Counted from the first letter of the stretch, positions 19,501 to 31,582 are shown. The stretch is DNA of 64,000 nucleotides from an uncultured Chloroflexia bacterium (GCA_963810095.1 CAWEMM010000007.1:544001-608000); one strand, 5' to 3'. Program-made: numbers and translations. Notes: generated from the sequence alone by a model not told the origin.

Positions 19501-22500
19501 CGTGGTCAAGGCGGGCGCGACCTCCGGCCCTTACAGCCTGACCCAGGTAGCCGGCGCCCTGATCACAGACTGGCGGACCGGCTCGGGCGGCACCTCGCTG
19601 TGGCTGCGCTTCGACGATCCCCAGGCCCTGTACCGGGACACCTCGGGCAGCCAGCCGGACCACGACGGCACGTGCAAGGGCGTTGGCTGTACGATCACCA
19701 CGGGGCGCTACGGCAGCGCGCTCCATCTCGACGGCAGCAGCTACGTCTTCTCGGCCGTGCCCGTCGCGGCCACCGAATATGCCGTCTCGTTCTGGTTCAA
19801 GGCCGACTCCACCTCCGACACCTACCAGGGCAAGCTGTTCACCGACGAGGACCCGAACACGCACCGGGAACGCGTCGACATCATGTACGACAAGCGGTCC
19901 GTCTGGGTCAGCCTCTATGGCTGCTCAAACGGGTCCTGCTGGAACGACAACATCTCCAGCCCCGCGTATGGGCTGGCTGCGCAAGAGTGGCATCACGTGG
20001 TGCACACGTACGGCGGCCTGGCGGGCAAGCAGAAGCTGTATATCGACGGCCGGCTCGTAAAGGAAGGGTTCTTCACCTCCACGGCCGCATCCACTTCGCG
20101 GACCAACATCGGCGGCACCCCCACGGCTGGCCTGTGGTTCGCGGGGTCCATCGACGACGTGCGGCTGTACGAGCGCGGGCTGACCGCCGACGAGGTCTGG
20201 GCGCTGTCCCGGCAGCCGGTCTTCCACATGGACTTCGAAAAGACCAGCGGCTGGGAAGACGTATCGAGCTTCCATGCCGGCGTTGCTCCTGTCGACAGCA
20301 GCCACACCCCGGTGCACGACACAGGGGGAATTCAGGGCAGTGCCGCGAAGCTCAACGGGGTCAGCTACCTGAACGTCTCGAACAACCTCGCGAGCACCCC
20401 GCAGCTCGATCTCAGCGGCGGCAAGTACACGATCGCAGCCTGGGTCTACCCCCAGAAAGGCTGCGGTTTCGACACTCAGCCGGGCGCAATCCAGTCCATC
20501 GTCAGTTCTAACGCGGAGATCAGCAAGCGATATCCCGACTTGACCCTCACGACAGACCCGGGACAGAGCAGCCTGGCCGCGATTGGGACAGGTTTTGGTA
20601 CGGGGAGCAGCTATCAGTATGCCGATGGGCCGTGGAGCGTGCCCTTCAACCAGTGGACACACGTGGTCATGACCTTTGATACCGATGTCTTCGGCGATCA
20701 GGGGTATGACAACGACGTCCAGGGCACGTGGCGGCTGTACACGAACGGCAAGGAAACCTGGCACAACACGGTCGAGACATCGGGCGCGAAACCGTACGCG
20801 ACGACCTATTTCCAGGTCGGTCAGATCGCGAGCGGGATGGCGCACTCGTTCTGCGGCAAGATCGACGAGCTGGTCATCTACAACCACGTGCTCGACGCTG
20901 ACACGATCGCGGCCTTGACCAGCGACGGCGCATCGGCCTTGCATCTGCAGCTCGACGAGGCGCCGGGTTCGGCGTCGTTCCACGATGACAGCGCCGCGCA
21001 GCGCGAGCTCGGCTGTGCCGGGTCCGGCTGCCCGGGCACGGGGCTGGCGGGCCGGGTGAACCAGGCAGCACAGTTCAGCGCCTTTGAGAATGTGGGCAAC
21101 GCCCTGACGCTGGGGAACAGCGCGGTCAACCGGTTGACCAACAACTACAGCGTGGCCGGATGGATCAAGCCGAGCAGCCTCGCCAGCCGGCAGCACATCC
21201 TGGCGACAGGCAAATGCAGCAGCACGGGCGCCGGCTGGAGCTTCGGCCTCTACCTCAACGACCTCCGCTGGGAGAGCTTTGGGGCGCAAAGCCACATCCT
21301 CAGCCTGTCGGGCGCCGGAGGAGGGGGCGCGCAACTCCAGGCCAACCGCTGGTATCACGTGGCCCTGGTGGCGGATGCGGCCAACAAGCTCACCTTCTAC
21401 ATCGACGGGCAGGCGAAGGGCCAGGTCCAGGGGTTCGCTGCAACGGCTGACACGGCCAACCGGCTGGTGGTGGGCGGGTGTGACACCGGCACGAGCATCG
21501 TGGAAGGGCTCGACGGCATGCTCGACGACCTGTGGGTGTACGGCACGGCACTGACTGCCGAGCAGGTCAAGGCCCTGTTCGACGCCGCGCCCGTCATGCA
21601 GCTCCATCTGGAAGAGGCGAACGGCGCGACAACCTTCAAGGACGACGGCTGGCCTGGTAGCGTGGCGACCTGCCCCACCGGCCATTGCCCCACGATGGGC
21701 GAAGGGGTCAAGGGGCAGATGGGCCTGGCGGCAGGCTTCATCAACCCGGCCCAAATCAATGTGCCCTACAACGCGGGGCTGAACACGCCGAAGTTCACCA
21801 TCGGAGGGTGGCTCCGGCCGGACGCGTTCCCACCCGACGCCGCCCCCGGCAAGCGATTGCTGATGGCGAAGGGCCTCGTCGGCCAGGAAGAGTGGAAGTT
21901 GTGGCTGAACACGACCCAGTCGGTAAACATCTACCGCTCGTGCAGCAACAGCTCCATCGAGTTCCCTAGCGAGGCGACCCTGCTCCCAGAGCAGTGGAAC
22001 TACGTGTTGGTGACGTACGACGGCGCCATGCTGCGCTTCTACATCAACGGGAGCGAGAGCGGCGCCCACGCCTTCACGAAGGCGTGCACCGACAGTGGAC
22101 AGGGCGTGCGGCTGAGCAGCTCGTCGGGTGGCTTCAGCGGCCGCATGGACGAGATGGTCGTGTACAACCGGGCGCTCACGCCGAACGAGATCCTCACGCT
22201 CTACAACTACCAGTCAGGTTGGATCGAAGACCGGAATAGCCAGACGATCGTGGTAGACAACGAGGCTCCCACCGTCTCGGTGGTGATCACGGACGGTGTG
22301 CACCTGCCCGACGGCTGGCCCGTGGTCGTGGCGCTCGACGCCCAGGACGCCTCATCGGGCATCCAGTCGGTCGACTTGCTCGTCTCTAAGGGGGGCGGCG
22401 CGTACACGCCCGTCCATGCCCAGCAGTGTGCGGACCCCGCCCAAGGCCCGGCCTGGTGCGCCACTTTCACGCCTTCGGGCGAGGCTCAATACTCGCTCTC

Positions 22501-25500
22501 GGCAAAGGCGACCGATCGCGTCGGCCGCACAGCCGACGCTACGAAGAAGTTGGTTCTGGTCGACGCGACCGCTCCGTCGCTGAACCTGGCGCTCACCGAG
22601 GGCCAGTTGGTCAGCGCGACCCGCAGCGCGACAGATCCGCCCATGTGGCTGATCCATCTGAGCGGCACGGTCAGCGACGCCCCGGTGGTCAGGGGTACTG
22701 AGAGCGGCATCCCCCGCGAAGGGTTGCGCGTCACGCTGGTCGACGCGGAGGGCGAGGCCCTGGGCGAGGCCGGCCAGATTGCGACGATTGCGGGCGACTC
22801 TGCGGCAGGCTCAGACACGGCTTGGTCGCTGGACTACGCGGTGCCCGACGCCGAGCCGGACGGCTGCTACACGGTCAAGGCCGAGGTGGTCGACAACATC
22901 ACGGCCATCCCCGGCTTGCCCGAACAGCAGAAGGCGCTACATACGACGGCCAAGAGCAAGGGCATCGTGATCGATTCCCGGCCCCCACAGGTGGTGCTCG
23001 ACCAGTCCTCGCTCGCTCATGGCATGCTGGGCGCTGGCGTGACGAGCCTCGGCGGCGAAACGACCAAGCGGCCGGTGCCGGTTGAAGTCGACATGACGAC
23101 AACCGCGGGCGCGGACCTCACGGGCGTCAAGCTGACGTGCCGGCACGGCAACGCCGGAAGCTGGTACACCGTCTTCGAGATGTTGCCCGGCCAGTTGGCC
23201 CCCGGCTCAGGCGCAGGCTGGGATGGCGAAATCCACAAGCTCTCGACCTGCACCCTCGACCTGACCACGACGGCCACAAAGGGCGGCGTGGCCGGCACCA
23301 TCAAGGTGTGCGGCGAAGCGCTCGACCTGAATCCTGACTGGACGGGCGACTTCTCGGCCGCGCTGAGCATTACGTTCGTGGTCAATTCGACGCGCTGCTT
23401 GGCCCGGGGTTGCACCGCCGACCAGGCGGTGTCGGGCACGCAGAAGGTGGAGGTTGCGTTCACACCGATTTTGCAAGGCTCGGCGTGGCTGAACGAGGCC
23501 CCGCTGGCCGGCGAGACGCTCCACATGCCGTTCGACGATACGCCGAACGCGGATGGCTCGATGCTGGTGCGCGACGTGTCGGGCATGGGGCACACGATGG
23601 CGGTGGATGGCACGACGGCGCCGAGCCCTGGCCAGGCGGGACAACTGGGCAGCGCCTTCTCCTTCGACGGTGTGGACGACTACGTCAGCATCCCCGACAG
23701 CGACGATGTCGATTTCGCGGCGAGCCAGGACTTCGCAGTGATGGCGTGGATCAAGCCCGCCGCGCAGCAGCTCTGGACCGCGACCACGGACAACGACGTG
23801 ATCGAAAAGTGGTCCGGCGCTACCGCCTACCCCTACGTGGTCCGCTACGTCAACTCGACCGGGGGCGCCAACGCCGGCAAGATCAGCGCGGCCCGCTATG
23901 ATCGCTCGACCAGCACGGTCCTGACCTCGGCCAGCGCCATCAATGACGGCAAGTTCCACCACGTCGCGTTCGTCCGGAACGGTGGGATGGTGAGCCTGTA
24001 TGTCGACGGGGTCCTGTCGGCCGGGCCGGTGCAGGACAAGGTGGCTAGCACGACGACGAACAGCTCGCCATTGTACATCGGCCGGCGCGGCGCCGGCGAC
24101 ATGCCGAACTACTTCACCGGCCAGGTCGACGACCTGCGCATCTTCAAGCAGGGCCTCACGGCCGACGACGTGAAGACGATCTACACGGGCAGCGCCGCGC
24201 AGCTTGTGATGGCGTTCGAGGAACCGTTGGCGGTCGGCGGCGACAAGGTGAGCGATGGCTCGGGCTGGGGCCGCGACGGCACGCTCAACACCGGCAGCGG
24301 CGACACGGCGAACAAGACCATGCCCGGCCAGGTAGGCAACTACGCGCTCAAGCTGGATGGTGTGAACGACGGTGTTGCCATCGACAACTTCGGCGTCTTC
24401 ACGACCACCACGGTCTCGGCCTGGGTCTATCGCACCGGGGCCACGACTGGCCGCGAGACGATCGTCTCCTACAAGGAAGACGCAAACTGCGGGCTCGTCC
24501 TGGCGCTGGAGAGCCAGTCGCCGATCTTCTATGTGCATGCCAAAGGCACCTGGTACCACATCCACGATACCACGGGCGAGGTGCCACTGAACGAGTGGGT
24601 GCATTTCGCGGTCGTGCAGACCCCCGACCACATGCTTATCTTCCGCAACGGAAAACAGGTCGCAAGCGGGTATTGGGCGACCATCCCAACCGCGATGGAC
24701 CAGTGCGCCGGCCGCACCGGCATCGGCGTGCGCAGCTCGCTCGACCAGCACTGGTTCCCCGGCGCCGTCGACGACGTGCGCTTCTACGGCCGGGTGCTGA
24801 GCGCAAACGAGATCGCCGACCTCTACAATGCGGGCTGGCACACCACCACGCTGAGCGCCGGCGGCGCGACCGTCGACAGCGCCACCTGGAGCATGAAGGT
24901 CCCGACGACGACGCTTGGGTTCGAAGGCACCTATCGTCTGGACCTGCGCGGGACAGACTCCAACGGTCACACCCAGGCCGTCAGCGAGCCCAGGCACCTG
25001 TGGCAGGGTGAGATCGACAACCTGGCGCCGCGGGTGACCCTGTGCAAGGCGCTCGTGAGCGGTACGACCTACCGCTACGTCGCGGAGGCGCAGGACTACA
25101 ACCTGGTCGAACAGGGCTTCGCCGCTCCGTGCGCGATCTCTTCACGGACAAACTACCAATCGCCGTGGCTGCTCAGCACGATCCCCACGGGTGACGCCAA
25201 GCTGAACAAGCTTCGGGCCGACTGTTCGCTCAGCGCGGCGGTGGTGGAGAAAGCGACCGCCTGCGACAGCGCCGGCAACTGCACGACGGCCGGCGTGACG
25301 AGCGGCGGCGCATGCACGAGCATCCTGGCGAGCCCCGCGGCGATGGCAGCCGGCGTGCCCGACTCCGTCACCCCGACGACGCCGGTGCTCGGCATCGTGC
25401 CAACCGTGCTGACGACGACGCACTACTCGGGCCTCGGCGAGGTTGTCGTGACCGGATACCTGACGGGCACGGCGAACCTGGATGCGATCGAGGTGACTGT

Positions 25501-28500
25501 CGACGGCACGACCGGGAAGGCGAGGCTGACCGGGCCCGACACGCAGTGGCCCTTCACGACCACGTGGAGCTACCGCTGGCAGCCGCAGGCGGGCCCTCCT
25601 GACGGCGCTCAATTCGAGACGACCGCAAATGCCGTCGTCCACCGGGGTCCGCGGATTCCGGCGGTCGAGACGTTCCTGACGGTCGACGTGCTGCCGCCGG
25701 CGGAGGTCGAGGTGGCGCTGACCGCGAACGGTGCGCCGGTCGAGCCCGGCGCGGTCTTGCGCACAGCCTCGCCGCAACTGCGGCTGGCCTGGGACGCGAG
25801 CCGCGACGGCAGCGGCGTGGCAGGCTACACGACCCGCTGGGTGACCACGTCGGCGCTGAGCCGCACGGTGGAGACCCGGGCGGCCGGCGCCGGCGGTCCT
25901 TACGAGGATCGCTATCAAGCCGGCGACGCGCAGACTGTTGCCGTCGAGTTGATCAGTCGTGACCTGCTCGGCAACGAGCGCTCGCAACCCTTCGGCGCAG
26001 TCGTCGTCGACGGGCCGCTGACGCCCGACCTGGTTCAGCTGCCGGCCGATCCCGGCGTCCCCCCTGATCCCGAGTGGATGGAGACCGGCTGCACGCTGCT
26101 CACGACCGACGGACGGGCCGCACGCATCAGTGGCGCAGGCGCATACCCGATCCAGGCCCTGTACGGAAGCTGGGACCAGGCGGCGCTGCGCCTGACGTGG
26201 GCGGGCGCGGACTGGAGTTCGGACGGCGATCTGTTCGTCTATCTCGACACGGGCGCGGGCGGCACCCGCGACCTGTTCACCCCATACCCGGTGCCCGAGA
26301 AGGCGAGCCAGTTCCTGCTGCCTTCGAGCCTGGACGCCGATACGCTGGTGTGGGTGCAGGACAACTTGAAGGCCAGCCTGCTCAAGTGGCAAGGGGGCGG
26401 GTGGCAGCCCGCCGGTGAGCTGACCGCGTCGCAATACCGCTTCGACCCGGTGAGCCGCGACGGCGAGACGGACCTATACCTGCCGTTCAAGCTGTTGGGC
26501 GCCCGCGCGGGTGATCCCATTCGTGTCCTTGCTCTTGCCGCCGAAGAACCCGTCTCGGGCGCCGGGCTGCAAATCTGGGCGACCGCGCCGCACACCAACC
26601 CTGCAAACAGCGCGCGCTCGAACCAGCGGGCCGCGCTCGGCTGCGCTGCTGGCAAGTCGGGGCGTGACGATCCCGTTGCTGCACTACTATGATTGGGCGG
26701 CCACGGGCGACGGGGTCTGCCCGAACGGCACGAACGCCGAGCGAAATACCAACGTCCAGCTCGAAAACTCGGTGTCCTCCGACCCAGTCGGCGCTGCCGT
26801 GTCCGGGCTCGATCTCCCGCTGCTCTGGGACGCGGCCGGCGCGGCGGCCGGCGGTCTGACGGCCGCATCCGGCGCCGCAGGACTGGACCTCGGCCCCGAC
26901 AGCTTCGTGATGGACTTTCTCAACCCCGAGCACCCGCCCCTGGCGAATGGCAGCACGGTGGTCTACACCGTGCGGGTGGCCAACAAGGGCACCAGTGCGC
27001 TCGAAGGCGCCTGGCTGGCGCTGAGCGGCCTCGGGGCCGTACGTCTCCTCGAGGAGCGAGTGGAACTGGGTAATATCCCCGCAGGCGAAGAACGCACGGT
27101 AACCTTCAGCGGCGTGACAGACCTGAGCCTGTCCGAACGGCCTGTGGCCGCGGCCCTTGCGCAACTCTACGCGGCCGGCTACCGGCCCGAGAACCCCGCC
27201 CTTGACTGGTTCCTCGTGGCACACCGCGTCGACAGCGGTGCCCCCGAGAGCTTTGGGCTCGACCTGGGAGCGCGTATCGTCGGCGCCGACTTCGGCCAAC
27301 TGAGCGGCTATGCGTTCGACGAGTCGAGCGTAGCGGCCGTGAAGATGGAAATACGGTCGCCCCAGGATGAACTCTGGTCGGTCACCTGCCCATTGCGCCG
27401 CCAGGAGGCCGGTCGTTGGACCTGCCAGTGGGACGCGACGGGGACGCCGCAGGGCGCGCCTCTGCCCGACGGCGAGGAACTCACCGTGCGCTTCCAGGTC
27501 AAGGATCGCCTGGGCCAGGTGAGCGGGTGGGGCCAGGCCCACACGGTCCGGGTGGACGCCCGGGCGCCCAAGCTCACACTGCCCGATCAACCGGCGACCG
27601 TACAGGCGGGCCGGCTCCGCCTCTCGGGGGCGGTGGAGGATGCCGCGGGCGTGGCGCGGGTGTGGGTGTGTGTGGACGGGAAGTGCCGGGACGTGGACCT
27701 CGTGGGTGGGCTCAAGAGCCGTACACATTGGTCCTTCAGCCCGGGCATCGGGGCTTCCGACTACCTGACGCACACGGTGACGCTGCAGGCGGAGGACGCC
27801 CTCGGAAATCGGACGGCCGAGCCGCAGACGTTCCAGATCGTCCTCGACAACGTCCGGCCGCGGGTCACCGTCGACCAGGCCGGCGCGCAGCTTGTGCTCG
27901 GTGCGACGGAGACCGTGCTCACGGGAACATCGACCGATGGCAGCCCGTTCGTCCGGACGTGGGTGCGAGTGCAGGAGCCGGACGGGAACATCGTCTTACG
28001 CAGCGTGTCGCAGGAGGGCGGACCACTGGAAGTTCGACCTCGCGGGCGAGCGCCCGGGTCGCTACGTGCTGTCGGTCGTAACGAAAGATGCGGTCGGCAA
28101 CATGACGCGGACCGGCGAGTACGCGGTCGACGTGAGGTGTACGGATGCGGCGTTCGGCGTCGGCAAGATCACGGTGACCGCCGTGGAAGGCATGACCCTT
28201 ACGCAGACGATTGCCGCGACTCTGACGAACAGCGGACCCGACCCGCTGCCCGCGGGCATTCCCGTCGGCTTCTACGACGCGAATGGCCGGCTCGCCGGGC
28301 TGGGCACGAGCATGGCGCTGGCCGCGGGCGGCCAAGAGACGCTATCGGTCACGCCGTGGACGGTGCCGGCTGCCGGCCGTTATGAGTTGATCGTGGTGCC
28401 GGCCGACCCGGACCTCGGCACGCCCGTGCCGGTCGCCTTCTGTACCACCCCGGGCGCGGAGCGGGCGCTCGTCTGGGCCGGCCCGCTGCCCGAGATGCTG

Positions 28501-28614
28501 CCGGTGTACGTGCCGCTGATCCTGTTCGGCGCCGCGGGGCCAGGTCCCACCGAAGAGCCCGAAAGCAAAGGCGAGGAGAGCGCGCCGGGGGACCGCGACA
28601 ACACGATCCAGTAG
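13571..28614 (+). CDS. giant (~5,000 aa) secreted/surface protein: LppX/LolA-like N-domain, DxDxDG Ca-binding repeats, hydrophobic helical region, six LamG domains, Ig-like and CARDB-like domains; frameshifts near 26640 and 28020 and a probable compensated pair near 14810-14890
   Basis: GGAGG RBS; ORF 13571-26692 continues into 26511-28385 and 27892-28614; six LamG ends (GSIDDVRLY, GKIDELVIY, GMLDDLWVY, GRMDEMVVY, GQVDDLRIF, GAVDDVRFY); C-terminal VYVPLILF. Confidence 0.85.
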
Positions 28615-28619
28615 TGCGT

Positions 28620-28688
28620 GGGGCGGGTGATGACCCGCCCCTGAGGTGAACGCGTAAGCACGGGGCAGTCACCTGGACTGCCCCGTGC
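28620..28688. terminator. two hairpins between convergent genes
   Basis: GGGGCGGGT-GATG-ACCCGCCCC and GCACGGGGCAGTC-ACCTG-GACTGCCCCGTGC. Confidence 0.55.
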
Positions 28689-28727
28689 CCATCATCGCAA
28701 CGTGAGGTGAGGGAGCCTCTGCCGCCG

Positions 28728-29942
28728 CTATGCGGGGCTGACCGCGTCCTTCCCCGCCAGGCGCATCGCCACCCCGTACAGGACGAGCAGCAGTACGATC
28801 AGAAGCACGAGGAACGGGGGGATGACCTCGAGCGAGGTCCGCCGCGCCAGGAGGCCGGCGAGCGACGGGATAATGGCCGTGCTCAGCCCCGCCGCGGCAA
28901 TTTGCATGCCGATGGTGTTAGCCGCATAGCGCGCGCCAACTCGCGCGGCCGTGCCCGACACCAGGGCCGGGAAGATCGGTGCAATGGCAAAGCCGGCGAT
29001 CACCACGGCCAGCAGGCTGGCGACCGCCACCGGGTTCCACCAAAGCAGCGCCGCACCCGTGAGTGCAGCAAGCAGGCTCCCGCGGATCAGTGCGTTCAGC
29101 CCCACCCGCTTGGTCCACACCCCGGCCACGATGCGCCCAATGGTGAACATCGCCCAGTAGCTGCCAGCCCACAGACCCGCCATTTCCGGCGCAATCCCGC
29201 GGGACTCGGTCAGCAGCGTGTAGCTCCAAAGGCCGAGCGTGACTTCCATGCCCGTGTAGAGGAAGAACAGCAGCAGGCTGATCCACACTGCCGGCCGGCG
29301 CAAGGTCTCCGCGAAGGACGTTTTGTAGTCGGTGAGGCGAGCGGGTTCGCCGGCCGTCCGAGCTGCCCCGCCATCCTCCCACATCTTGAGCGTGAAGGCG
29401 AATGCGGACGCCAGCAAGATCTGCGCAGTCCCGACCAACGCGTAGCCGGCCCGCCAGGTGTGCGCGTACTTCAGGCCCAGCGTCATGATGATCGGCCCAA
29501 GCATGACGCCGATGCCGTAGCTGGCGTGCAGCCACTGCATCAGCCCCTCACTGAAGTGCGCGGCCACATAAGTGTTGAGACCCGCGTCGATTGCGCCGGC
29601 CCCCAGCCCGGAGAGCACCGCCAGCCCGACCATCCAGCCCCACGCGGGCGCCAGCGCATAGCCAATGAGCGCGGAGCCGGTTGCCGCGCAGCTCAGGGCC
29701 AGCACCCGGCCCACTCCGAGCCAGCGGATCAGGCGGCCACTGGAGAAGCTGGAGGTGAGGTAGCCGGCCGTCCCGGCAACGAGCATGATCCCCAGTGAGT
29801 CGAGCGGCCGGAAGAATGATGCCCGGATGGAGGGCCAGGCCACGCCCAGCAGGCCGTCGGGCAGGCCGAGCGAGATGAACGCGATGTACGCCAGGACGAT
29901 CAGTGCAAGGCGCGGGCGGTTGCGGATGAGAGCGGCGTGCAT
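28728..29942 (-). CDS. MFS transporter
   Basis: About 12 TM; FISLGLPDGLLGVAWP, GLGAGAIDAGLN, FAIAPIFPAL. Confidence 0.9.
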   Translation of the reverse strand: MHAALIRNRPRLALIVLAYIAFISLGLPDGLLGVAWPSIRASFFRPLDSLGIMLVAGTAGYLTSSFSSGRLIRWLGVGRVLALSCAATGSALIGYALAPAWGWMVGLAVLSGLGAGAIDAGLNTYVAAHFSEGLMQWLHASYGIGVMLGPIIMTLGLKYAHTWRAGYALVGTAQILLASAFAFTLKMWEDGGAARTAGEPARLTDYKTSFAETLRRPAVWISLLLFFLYTGMEVTLGLWSYTLLTESRGIAPEMAGLWAGSYWAMFTIGRIVAGVWTKRVGLNALIRGSLLAALTGAALLWWNPVAVASLLAVVIAGFAIAPIFPALVSGTAARVGARYAANTIGMQIAAAGLSTAIIPSLAGLLARRTSLEVIPPFLVLLIVLLLVLYGVAMRLAGKDAVSPA

Positions 29943-29943
29943 G

Positions 29944-30420
29944 CTACTCGTCCCCCCCGCCTTGCGGCGCGCTGCCGGCCGGTTCGATACCGCGCGGTTC
30001 GATACCGCCGCGCACCGAGAAGCGCTCGTAGACGTCAGGGCCAACGCGGATCAGGCGCCGGGTCTGCATGTCGATCGGGCACCAGAGCGAGCGGGCGCGG
30101 GCCAGCACCCTCTGGTCGCTCACCCGCACGATCTCGACGAAGCGCTCGAAGATGTGGCGCTCGGCCCCGCCCACCCAAGTACGGCCGACGACCTCGTCGC
30201 CAAGGCGCGCCGAGTCCAGGTACTCGATCTCATGGCGCTTGACGAGCCAGCCGATCTTCGCCTTTTGCGCCTCGGTGGCGCGGGCAAACCACGCGGCCGT
30301 CGAGATCTCCTGGACCCAGCGCACGTAGACGACGTTGTTGACGTGCTGAAAAAAGTCGATATCTTCCGGATGGATGGGAATCGGTTGCTCGAAGCGCTCC
30401 GCTTCAGGTTCGGCTGGCAT
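29944..30420 (-). CDS. acyl-CoA thioesterase (4HBT/hotdog fold)
   Basis: EDIDFFQHVNNVVYVRW, HEIEYL, WCPID. Confidence 0.9.
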   Translation of the reverse strand: MPAEPEAERFEQPIPIHPEDIDFFQHVNNVVYVRWVQEISTAAWFARATEAQKAKIGWLVKRHEIEYLDSARLGDEVVGRTWVGGAERHIFERFVEIVRVSDQRVLARARSLWCPIDMQTRRLIRVGPDVYERFSVRGGIEPRGIEPAGSAPQGGGDE

Positions 30421-30472
30421 GACTCGGCTTTCCTCAAAATGATGGCGCGCCCGAGGGCGCGCTGCAGCCGCG

Positions 30473-30501
30473 ATTATCGCACCATCTCTCGGACGCGTCA
30501 A
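30473..30501 (-). promoter_or_regulatory. sigma70 promoter for the thioesterase-MFS operon
   Basis: Minus strand TTGACG-N17-GATAAT. Confidence 0.55.
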
Positions 30502-30543
30502 CGAATACGGGGTGCGCTCGCCTAGATTCCGTCAAAAGGGGTA

Positions 30544-30572
30544 TTGACACGGCGGCGCAGCGGCGCGATAGT
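30544..30572 (+). promoter_or_regulatory. sigma70 promoter for the candidate ncRNA
   Basis: TTGACA-N17-GATAGT. Confidence 0.6.
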
Positions 30573-30578
30573 GGAGTC

Positions 30579-30916
30579 GCCACTGGAGGAATGTCCGCAC
30601 ACTTTGGACGAGGGTCCACAGGTACCGAAAGGTCAGTGCGAGAGTTCCATCAGAGAAAGGAGGCAAAACGCAACTGAAAGGCAAGCAAAGTTTAGGTTGT
30701 CCAACAGTGGCGAGAGAGCCCCGAGAATCTGAACGGCATGTTCCGGCTTGGCACTTCCTGTAATCTGGAAGCTCGCAGGCAGCCCGATAGGTCAGAAGTG
30801 TTAGCGGGGCTGCCAGGGTGCGATAAAGACGCAAGCACGCGGAAGGAACCAGAACGGGTGCTTGGGGCCTCTCAGTAACTCAAAGCCGCCGGTCGAGCCC
30901 GACCGGCGGCTTTTTT
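30579..30916 (+). ncRNA. candidate large structured ncRNA, family unassigned
   Basis: Bounded by promoter and terminator; ends pair (30582-30589 with 30868-30876); many nested helices, a GAAA tetraloop, A-rich linkers; no credible CDS. Confidence 0.65.
30882..30916 (+). terminator. Rho-independent terminator
   Basis: AAAGCCGCCGGTCG-AGCC-CGACCGGCGGC-TTTTTT. Confidence 0.9.
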
Positions 30917-31126
30917 GTGCCCCGGCGCCCCCATCTCTCACCCCGCACCCGCCCCCACCCCCTGCGCAATCTGTGCCAAATTCCTCCGCGCGAAACTCTG
31001 TGAACAGGAGTATAATCGCGCGCGGCGGACTAGCCGATGGGCGACAGCACTCGTAAGTGAGTGCTGGGCCGGCTTAGCGCTCTGTCTCTGAGAGCGGGCC
31101 GGCGCACGCGAAAGGAGACTGTAGAA

Positions 31127-31561
31127 ATGAGACGCGTTCGGCTCTTCCTCGTCGTCGCCATTGCCATCTCCATCTTTCTGCTTGCGGTGCCTGCGTATGC
31201 GACCCCGGCACAAACAGCCGGGGGCTCGGGGTGTGCCCAATTCTATACGGTCCAGTGCGGCGACACGCTGTACAAGATCGCAGTCCGCTTCGGCACCAAC
31301 ACTTGGGCGCTGGCGCGGCTCAATGGGATCAGCAATCCTAACGTGATCTATGCGGGGCAGACGATCTGTGTCAAGGCGGCTGCACCTATCCCGCCTCCGC
31401 CGTCTCAGGGCGGCTTCTGGTACACGGTGAAGTGCGGCGACATGCTGCGCGTCATCGCAGCCCACTACGGCTGGGGCACCTGGTATCTCGCGGGGGTGAA
31501 CGGCATCGCGAACCCGGATGTGATCTATGTGGGGCAGCGGCTGTGGATACCCTACCATTGA
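31127..31561 (+). CDS. secreted protein with two LysM domains
   Basis: AAAGGAG RBS; TATAAT at 31011-31016; signal peptide; YTVQCGDTLYKIA...NPNVIYAGQ and YTVKCGDML...NPDVIYVGQRLWIP. Confidence 0.9.
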   Translation: MRRVRLFLVVAIAISIFLLAVPAYATPAQTAGGSGCAQFYTVQCGDTLYKIAVRFGTNTWALARLNGISNPNVIYAGQTICVKAAAPIPPPPSQGGFWYTVKCGDMLRVIAAHYGWGTWYLAGVNGIANPDVIYVGQRLWIPYH

Positions 31562-31582
31562 GTTTGACATAAGTGGGATCTC

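Noticed and set aside
19925-22069. Long antisense ORFs (also 3040-4644, 23207-24997, 38121-40211, 50030-51820, 58070-59599)
   Set aside because: Shadows of GC-rich coding strands; Arg/Ala/Gly-rich with no recognisable domains
30532-30834. Small ORFs overlapping the candidate ncRNA (30532-30834 minus, 30544-30732 plus)
   Set aside because: No convincing RBS, atypical composition, and the plus ORF starts inside the -35 box
30579-30880. RNase P RNA (GAGGAATGTCC...AGAACGGGTGCTT), SRP RNA (GGAAGGAACCAG), tmRNA, or c-di-GMP/c-di-AMP riboswitch
   Set aside because: Only short words match. The RNase P P4 pairing, the SRP helix-8 CAGG/AGCA loop, tRNA-like ends and riboswitch cores cannot be built.
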